A DNA stretch of 64,000 nt, taken from assembly GCA_016926555.1 (NCBI GenBank), contig JAFGOI010000004.1, positions 776 to 64,775 on the forward strand, written 5' to 3'. Within the stretch, counting starts at the first letter, position 1, and each line of letters opens with the position of its first letter. Shown here piece after piece: positions 58,583-64,000 of this stretch. A program made the position numbers and the translations under genes. This stretch comes from Patescibacteria group bacterium. GTDB taxonomy: Bacteria > Patescibacteriota > WWE3 > UBA101185 > UBA10185. The notes beneath the pieces are model-generated. The model saw only the letters and a list, made by a program, of their open reading frames with translations. It made no database searches and had not been told where the DNA came from.

Positions 58583-59612
58583 ATTTGGAGTCGTCAAGTG
58601 AACCTGATAAATTTAGTTTTATTTCGGCATCTATAAACTCATCAATATCTCCATCGAGGACTTTGTTGGGGTTACTGCTTTCAATATTTGTTCTTAAGTC
58701 CTTCACTAATTTGTAGGGGTGCAAAACATAATTCCTTATTTGGTTGCCCCATCCCGGAGTCTTGTAAGATCCTTTCAGTTCTTTTTTCTCTTTGCCCAGT
58801 TTAGCCTCTTCCTGTAATAGCAGTTTTGATTTTAGGAGTTGTAGTGCTTTGTCCCGGTTTCTTCCTTGGTATCTTTCCTCCTGGCATTCGATAACAATCC
58901 CGCTTGGTTTGTGTTTGACTCTTACGGCGGTTGAGACTTTGTTTACGTTTTGTCCGCCATGTCCGCCAGCCCTAAAAAAATCCCACTCCAGATCCTCTTC
59001 TTTTATTTCCACATCGATGTCTTTCTCGATAATAGGGGTTACCTCCACGAGAGCGAATGAAGTTTGCCGTAGATTGTCGGCATTGAAGGGAGATTGGCGA
59101 ACTAATCTGTGCACACCGCTTTCATTTTTTAAAAATCCGGCTGCATATTTTCCCTCAATTTCGAATGTTACAGACTTAATACCGACCTCTTCACCTGTAA
59201 TTTTATGAATCTCAGAGGCGTTCCAAACCTTTTTTTCGGCGTATCTTATGTACATGCGATATAACATTTCAGTCCAGTCCATTGCTTCTGTTCCGCCTTG
59301 GCCCGCGTGAATAGAGACTAAGGCATTACACGAATCATATTTTCCAGATAAGTATGTTTTTAGTTCGAGTTTAGGAAAATCCTGTTCAAATTGTTCCGTC
59401 TCATTTTCTTCAAGAAGTAACTCAAGCATTTCGTACTCTTCAATATCTTTCTCCAATGAGGCTAAATCTCGGGCAATTTTTTGGCCCTCTTCCCAATTTT
59501 GCCAAAGGGTTTCGTCTTCCATTTGTTTTTTCAGGTTATTGATTTTTTTCCTTTTCTCGTCTATGAAAAGAGCCTTCTTTAAATTCTCTAATCGTTCCTG
59601 TTGTTCTCGCAT
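58572..59612 (-). CDS. prfB: Peptide chain release factor 2, encoded without a programmed frameshift
   Basis: The SPF tripeptide ([16 protein letters not shown]) and the GGQ motif ([11 protein letters not shown]). A single uninterrupted 346-aa ORF. Confidence 0.9.
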   Translation of the reverse strand: MREQQERLENLKKALFIDEKRKKINNLKKQMEDETLWQNWEEGQKIARDLASLEKDIEEYEMLELLLEENETEQFEQDFPKLELKTYLSGKYDSCNALVSIHAGQGGTEAMDWTEMLYRMYIRYAEKKVWNASEIHKITGEEVGIKSVTFEIEGKYAAGFLKNESGVHRLVRQSPFNADNLRQTSFALVEVTPIIEKDIDVEIKEEDLEWDFFRAGGHGGQNVNKVSTAVRVKHKPSGIVIECQEERYQGRNRDKALQLLKSKLLLQEEAKLGKEKKELKGSYKTPGWGNQIRNYVLHPYKLVKDLRTNIESSNPNKVLDGDIDEFIDAEIKLNLSGSLDDSKSKT

Positions 59613-59627
59613 GGGGTAGATTATATA

Positions 59628-62207
59628 TTAGTCTTTGTCATCCTCAAAAACTTCAGTTCCAAGATCTAATATATCTCCTTTTTTTATCTCTTCCGTTAAA
59701 AATTTCGTAGCCAGATAGGATTCGACTGAATCTTCGATTACTCTAGCCAGTGGGCGTGCCCCCCATTCTGGGTTGTAGCCCCGTTTCATGAGTTCCTCAA
59801 TTAGAACCTCTTGAAATGTGACTTTTACGCCTTTTTCTTCGGCGATTTCCTTAACCTTTGATAGAAGTAATAAGGCTATATCCCGAACGTTTTCTTTTGT
59901 TAGAGGATGAAATACGATTATCCCGGAGAATCTGTTTAGGAATTCGGGCGCGAAGTGATTTCTAACTTCAGTCATCGCTGTGTCCTTCATTTTTTCGTAA
60001 TCGCCATTGTCGCGAAAAACCTCCTGGATGGCTCTGGTTCCCACATTGCTTGTAGCTATAATTATTGTATTCGAGAAATCAATGACTGTGCCCATAGAGT
60101 CGGTGACATGTCCCTCGTCGAGTATTTGTAGGAAAGTGAGAAGGATATTTGGATGCGCTTTTTCTATCTCGTCTAGCAAAATGAGTGCAAAAGGCCGGGA
60201 CCTGACTTTATCTGTTAAAATACCTCTTATGCTTCCATCCGGCGCTCCTATTAATCTATTGAGACTGTCCAGTTGCTGATATTCACTCATATCGAGTCTT
60301 ATCATTGTTTTTTCGTCCCCAAAATACGTTTTAGCGAGTGCTTTCGCGGTTTGTGTTTTTCCGACACCGGTTGTGCCTATAAATAAAAAGCTTGCGATTG
60401 GTTTATCCTCATTTCGTATTCCTACTCTGGCTCTTTTTAGCGCGGATGAGATTTGTTTTAGCGCATGATCTTGTCCAATTACCATATTTTTCATTTCTTT
60501 ATTGATCGTGAGAAGTTTTTTGGCTTCATCTTTGGTTACAGATTCAACCGGTATTTTTGTCATATCGGCAACTTCTTTTGAGATCTCATCTTTATTGAGA
60601 TATTTATTATCATTGGCAACTCTTGTGGCGGCACGGCTAATAATATCTATAGCCTTGTCAGGTAGTACTCTTTCGTGGATTAATTTTTCCGAAAGTTTTA
60701 CGGTTTCTGTAAGAGCGGGATAAGTAATAAAGACGCCATGTCGCGATTCCAGTTCCCTAGCCTTTTCTTTTAATATTTCTATTGTGTCGTCAAAAGAAGA
60801 TTCGGAAATTTCTATAACCTGGAATAATCTTGTAAAAGCTCCGTTTGGTTCAATAAATTTTCGATAGTTTCTTATTGTTGTGGCGCCAATAACTTGGACC
60901 TGTTCACTTGCGATTAGAGGTTCCAATATAGTGAAGATTGCGGAGGTTTCAGCTTGTTGATCGCCTGTTCCCGCGACAACATTATGGATTTCATCAAGAA
61001 AAAGAATTATATCCCGCGATCTCTTTATTTCGTTGATTACATTATTAAGTTTTTCAGCGATTTGCCCCGCTGTAGCTGTGCCAGCTATAATTCCACCTAT
61101 TTCCAAGCTTACAAGCCTTCTGTTTTTTAGAGATTTATATTTGGTTCCTCGAATGATTCTGTGAGCAATTCCCTGTATTATAGATGTTTTTCCGCTGCCT
61201 GCTTCACCTATAATAAGTATGTTGTCTTTAGAACCAGTAAGCATTTCAGCAATTTGTCTGATTTCTTCTTCTCTTCCTACGATGTTTTTTAAGCGTCCTT
61301 TCTGCACTTCCTTTGTGTAATCAGTGGAAACTGAGTCCAGAAAGGGGGTAACCACACCGGTCATTCCTTTGCCTATACCGCCCGTGTAAAGCACTTCGTA
61401 ATCGTCTTGCCAAATGTAAATTTTGGCTAGTTTTTCTCTTTCTTTAACATTCCATTCGGATGATTTTTCTAATATTTCTATTTTGCTGTCATGAGAAGCT
61501 AACAGATTCTCAATATTCGGTGAGGTAGATAAAATAGCCGTGAATAAATGTTCAAATTCAATATACCGCGCTTCATGAGCTTTGGCATACTCAAACATTT
61601 TTTTTTCAACATCTTCTGAATTTAGTTCAGAGAGTTTTGCTAAATCAGTGAGAAAGCCCATGGTGTTAAGTTCGCATCTTTGAAGTAAAAGAACGACGGG
61701 GCTTTTTTTGGTGAGTTTATTTAGACCAAACTTGAAGTTACTCTTAATAAGAGTGTATGCAGTTCCGGTATCGGGCCTTACGCATTTTTTCCAGTCCTTG
61801 TAGTTTTCGACTTGATGTAATTTCTTATCCGGAATATTCAGAGTTTGATATGTCCAAATAAAGTATGCTATCGCAATAATAGGTATCAGGAAAACGTGGA
61901 TTTCATAGAGTGCATAAAAAGGCAAGGTCCACCACGATATAGGAAGTATGAGAGTTAAAGCAGTAAGCATAACCATAATTACTAAACCTGAGATAATCTC
62001 CATTATTCTTATGAAAAGGCCGATAATACGTCCTATAACCGTGTAATCGCCGAAAAGGGGAGTAAATAGGAGCCGCGCATTTAAAGTGAATGAGAGCTCA
62101 TTGTTAACCAAAATCATTATTCTTTTAAAAACAGTGAATATGCGTTTCGGTGTATCTACAGCCCACCATATTAGGAATTTATGAGGGCTTTTCGGCAGCT
62201 GAACCAT
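59628..62207 (-). CDS. ClpA/ClpC-like double-AAA+ ATPase with an N-terminal 4-TM membrane domain
   Basis: The D1 domain (GREEEIRQIAEML...IIGEAGSGKTSI) and D2 domain (VIGQDHALKQI...FIGTTGVGKTQTAKALA...LLDEIEKAHP) are present. The first ~150 aa are hydrophobic helices. No IGF/IGL tripeptide is found at the ClpP-loop position. Confidence 0.8.
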   Translation of the reverse strand: MVQLPKSPHKFLIWWAVDTPKRIFTVFKRIMILVNNELSFTLNARLLFTPLFGDYTVIGRIIGLFIRIMEIISGLVIMVMLTALTLILPISWWTLPFYALYEIHVFLIPIIAIAYFIWTYQTLNIPDKKLHQVENYKDWKKCVRPDTGTAYTLIKSNFKFGLNKLTKKSPVVLLLQRCELNTMGFLTDLAKLSELNSEDVEKKMFEYAKAHEARYIEFEHLFTAILSTSPNIENLLASHDSKIEILEKSSEWNVKEREKLAKIYIWQDDYEVLYTGGIGKGMTGVVTPFLDSVSTDYTKEVQKGRLKNIVGREEEIRQIAEMLTGSKDNILIIGEAGSGKTSIIQGIAHRIIRGTKYKSLKNRRLVSLEIGGIIAGTATAGQIAEKLNNVINEIKRSRDIILFLDEIHNVVAGTGDQQAETSAIFTILEPLIASEQVQVIGATTIRNYRKFIEPNGAFTRLFQVIEISESSFDDTIEILKEKARELESRHGVFITYPALTETVKLSEKLIHERVLPDKAIDIISRAATRVANDNKYLNKDEISKEVADMTKIPVESVTKDEAKKLLTINKEMKNMVIGQDHALKQISSALKRARVGIRNEDKPIASFLFIGTTGVGKTQTAKALAKTYFGDEKTMIRLDMSEYQQLDSLNRLIGAPDGSIRGILTDKVRSRPFALILLDEIEKAHPNILLTFLQILDEGHVTDSMGTVIDFSNTIIIATSNVGTRAIQEVFRDNGDYEKMKDTAMTEVRNHFAPEFLNRFSGIIVFHPLTKENVRDIALLLLSKVKEIAEEKGVKVTFQEVLIEELMKRGYNPEWGARPLARVIEDSVESYLATKFLTEEIKKGDILDLGTEVFEDDKD

Positions 62208-62333
62208 ATATGTATAGAATATCAGAATATTAGAGTTAGAGGAATTTGGTTGTCTTACTTGTATAGATGAGAAAGTTAATTGAGGGGCGAATTGGGAATA
62301 TTACGAGGATATTTATACGAATTATACTATAAG

Positions 62334-62362
62334 TTGATTATGGGACCAATATAGTCTATAAT
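62334..62362 (+). promoter_or_regulatory. Sigma70-type promoter TTGATT-17-TATAAT
   Basis: The -35 element TTGATT lies at 62334..62339. A 17-nt spacer follows, then the -10 element TATAAT at 62357..62362, 48 nt upstream of the ATG at 62410. Confidence 0.5.
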
Positions 62363-62409
62363 GTTATGAGTTCAAGTTTGAATATCGCTTAAAAAAAGGA
62401 GGCATTACA

Positions 62410-62565
62410 ATGCGTAGAATGCGTAGAATGCTGAGGTTCTGTTTAGGACTTGCAGGTCCAGTTTTAATCATGGTCGGGGGACTTTGGTGTTTTTTCCTGT
62501 GTCCCTATCCAGCGTTTGTGGTTGTGGGGGGAGTAGCTCTCGTGCTACTCTACCGCAAGCTCTAA
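62410..62565 (+). CDS. Unannotated 51-aa two-TM membrane protein (MRRMRRMLRFCLGLAGPVLIMVGGLWCFFLCPYPAFVVVGGVALVLLYRKL)
   Basis: A strong SD AAAGGAGG lies 7 nt upstream of the ATG, with a consensus promoter further upstream. It is below the 60-aa cutoff of the ORF track. It is followed by a hairpin at 62571..62631. Confidence 0.45.
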   Translation: MRRMRRMLRFCLGLAGPVLIMVGGLWCFFLCPYPAFVVVGGVALVLLYRKL

Positions 62566-62570
62566 CCCAC

Positions 62571-62631
62571 CTGAAGCCGAGGGGAAATGTTTATCACACA
62601 TATACTATGAACATTCCTCTCGGCTTCCGGC
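62571..62631. terminator. Hairpin between convergent genes (GAAGCCGAGGGG ... CCTCTCGGCTTC), candidate bidirectional terminator
   Basis: An 11/12-bp stem with a ~37-nt loop. It is located between the 3' ends of the small ORF (+) and the TasA-like gene (-). Confidence 0.35.
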
Positions 62632-62641
62632 TTCTTGTGTA

Positions 62642-63229
62642 CTACTCCGCACCTATGGAACCAAACTCAAAGTCAAAAACCGCACTTGTGCCTTGTTTTG
62701 AATCTGGAACGATATCAGTTGAAAACTTAAGAATTATTGATTTTATTTCTCCTGAATTGATAGAACCCAAGTTAAATCCTTCGGTTTTCCATTTGACTAT
62801 GGTTTTTCTTCCGAAACTTGATCCCGTTTCTCCTTCTTCCAGTAGGCCATTTCCATTAGTATCATTCCATTCCAGAGGTTCGACATATATTAGTTGGCGC
62901 AGTTCATCCGGATCATTGGCAGTTTCGTAGTTTGAATTACTCGTGAGGTGTACTTGACCCGGTGAGTTGTTAAACACTTTTATTAGGTATTCCGTTTTCC
63001 AATTGGAGCTGATATTACCAAATACTGGGCCATCAATTTCGTCTTTAAGGTTTTCTGGTATAGTACCGAGCGTAATATCTTCCAGCAGTTTTATGTCCGC
63101 GCTCCCCACGCTAAATGAAGACCCGAGTATTTTGCCTTTGTCCGAAAATGCTGAATATGTTGCTCCTACGCATATAGTTAAAAGAAGAAAAAGTACACCT
63201 GCAAGAATTGTTTTCTTTTTATTTCTCAT
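62642..63229 (-). CDS. TasA/camelysin-like secreted protein with a SipW-cognate-type signal peptide
   Basis: The N-terminus MRNKKKTILAGVLFLLLTICVGATYSAFSD carries the (A/G)xxYAYFSD-like motif of SipW-dependent proteins (TIGR04088 class). 195 aa. Confidence 0.5.
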   Translation of the reverse strand: MRNKKKTILAGVLFLLLTICVGATYSAFSDKGKILGSSFSVGSADIKLLEDITLGTIPENLKDEIDGPVFGNISSNWKTEYLIKVFNNSPGQVHLTSNSNYETANDPDELRQLIYVEPLEWNDTNGNGLLEEGETGSSFGRKTIVKWKTEGFNLGSINSGEIKSIILKFSTDIVPDSKQGTSAVFDFEFGSIGAE

Positions 63230-63926
63230 TTATATCACCTCCTTTCGTGTTTCTATCACCTATTAACTTCACCGCTTTCATACTTGTATAATCTTTCGCA
63301 CTTACAATTAGGTGATCCAATAGTGGGATTCCTATAATTTGTCCCGTTTTATAAATTCTCTGCGTGACGTAAATATCCTCTTTACTTGGTGTGGTGTCGT
63401 TAGAAGGATGGTTGTGAGCTAGAATTATTGATACCGCGTTATTTCTTATTGCTTTGTTGTATATTTCTCGTGGGTGGATTACTGCTTCATTTATTGTTCC
63501 GATTGAGACTATGTCTTTTGATATTAGATTATTTTTTGTGTCTAAAGAAATTAGAAATAGGTATTCTTTCTTTTTTCCAAAAATGTCTTTTCTAACCAGA
63601 TCGTACACATCCTTTGGTTTGTTTACTTGTATTGAGCTTTCAGTATCGGGGTTGTTTAACCTTAAGGCTATTTCTGTTAATGCCTTTATACTTGTCGCTT
63701 TGGCCTTTCCAATATATTTGTAAGATGTGAGCTCATTTAAGTCCGCATCAACGAGGTTTTTAAAACCGCCGAAGTTTTTGATTATTTTTCGTGATAGATC
63801 TAGAACGGATGTTCTTTTACCGCCATGCCTGAGTATTATTGCTAATAGTTCTATGTCAGTTAAATTAGAGCTTCCATATTTGTATAGTTTTTCTCGGGGA
63901 TGCTCTTTTAGTAAAAGGTTTTTCAT
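63219..63926 (-). CDS. radC: RadC-like JAB/MPN-domain protein (UPF0758)
   Basis: An N-terminal HhH-like region and a JAMM motif (ILAHNHPSNDTTPSKEDI). 235 aa. Confidence 0.8.
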   Translation of the reverse strand: MKNLLLKEHPREKLYKYGSSNLTDIELLAIILRHGGKRTSVLDLSRKIIKNFGGFKNLVDADLNELTSYKYIGKAKATSIKALTEIALRLNNPDTESSIQVNKPKDVYDLVRKDIFGKKKEYLFLISLDTKNNLISKDIVSIGTINEAVIHPREIYNKAIRNNAVSIILAHNHPSNDTTPSKEDIYVTQRIYKTGQIIGIPLLDHLIVSAKDYTSMKAVKLIGDRNTKGGDINEK

Positions 63927-64000
63927 AACAAAATTAGAGACACCCGCAATATAGGTTATTGCAATATATATTGCAATATGGTAGCTTCTAAGTTATTAAG

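Noticed and set aside
58572-59612. Programmed +1 frameshift in prfB
   Set aside because: RF2 is encoded as one continuous 346-aa ORF. There is no in-frame UGA or CUU-UGA shifty site near the N-terminus.
62484-62930. 148-aa ORF on the plus strand
   Set aside because: It lies almost entirely antisense to the TasA-like gene. It has no SD, and its sequence is low-complexity and Ser-rich. The real plus-strand gene here is the 51-aa ORF at 62410.
1-64000. CRISPR arrays, restriction-modification genes, toxin-antitoxin pairs or other recognisable defence systems
   Set aside because: I found no spacer-repeat periodicity, no Cas-like or REase/MTase (DNA methyltransferase motif IV/I) signatures and no Abi-like domains on either strand. 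The methyltransferases present are small-molecule or glycan-type class I and FkbM enzymes.

Overview
This 64-kb window comes from a compact, AT-rich bacterial chromosome (roughly 35% GC by eye). Coding density is high, starts and stops overlap often, and many hypothetical proteins are membrane-anchored.

Most of the window is a conserved information-processing backbone:
- lysS (with an extra C-terminal HD domain), greA, secD-like and recJ
- a candidate T-box leader, followed by aspS, ybaK-like and a D-Ala-D-Ala carboxypeptidase
- gltX, recA-recX, rny-ymdB, hup, a dnaJ/cbpA-like gene, nusA and a short infB
- a DHH-like gene, rpsO-pnp, a Lon-like ATPase-only gene, NUDIX, UDG family 4 and rnj
- ftsK, prfB (RF2), and a membrane-anchored ClpA/C-like ATPase

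Several proteins are reduced or unusual. IF2 lacks its N-terminal domains, DnaJ has no zinc finger, RNase Y has no N-terminal TM helix, and the Lon homologue has no protease domain. The Clp ATPase carries an N-terminal membrane domain and no IGF/IGL loop. Together with the SipW-type TasA-like protein, these suggest a reduced low-GC lineage (Patescibacteria/CPR-like or similar). The lineage is inference only.

Accessory and mobile content:
- a frameshifted IS30-family transposase at the left edge
- a tRNA-Glu(CUC) followed 169 bp downstream by a 21-nt duplicate of its 3' end, an att-like scar
- an ahcY / NYN-VanW block
- an 8.8-kb glycan-modification cluster: GT4, asnB, an FkbM methyltransferase, two tandem paralogous small methyltransferases, a Zn-ribbon methyltransferase and an 813-aa polytopic membrane protein
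- a strongly GC-rich secreted SH3b-domain gene (55135..55875), which looks horizontally acquired
- a TasA/camelysin-like + RadC pair at the right edge

The most interesting signals that the known features do not explain:
- the GC-rich island shares a ~65-nt promoter/leader module (AATT[T]ATACTATAA ... GAGTTCAAGTTTGAA) with a strongly expressed-looking 51-aa membrane ORF (62410..62565) that the ORF track missed
- LysRS is fused to a YqeK-like HD phosphohydrolase domain, a possible coupling of Ap4A synthesis and hydrolysis
- a Zn-ribbon membrane protein is paired with a protease-less Lon ATPase
- a 640-aa cytoplasmic protein has an HExxH motif and sits next to a DUF3048 protein

No CRISPR array, restriction-modification system or other known defence system was recognised. 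All similarity statements come from reading the translated ORFs and remembering family motifs. No database search was run.
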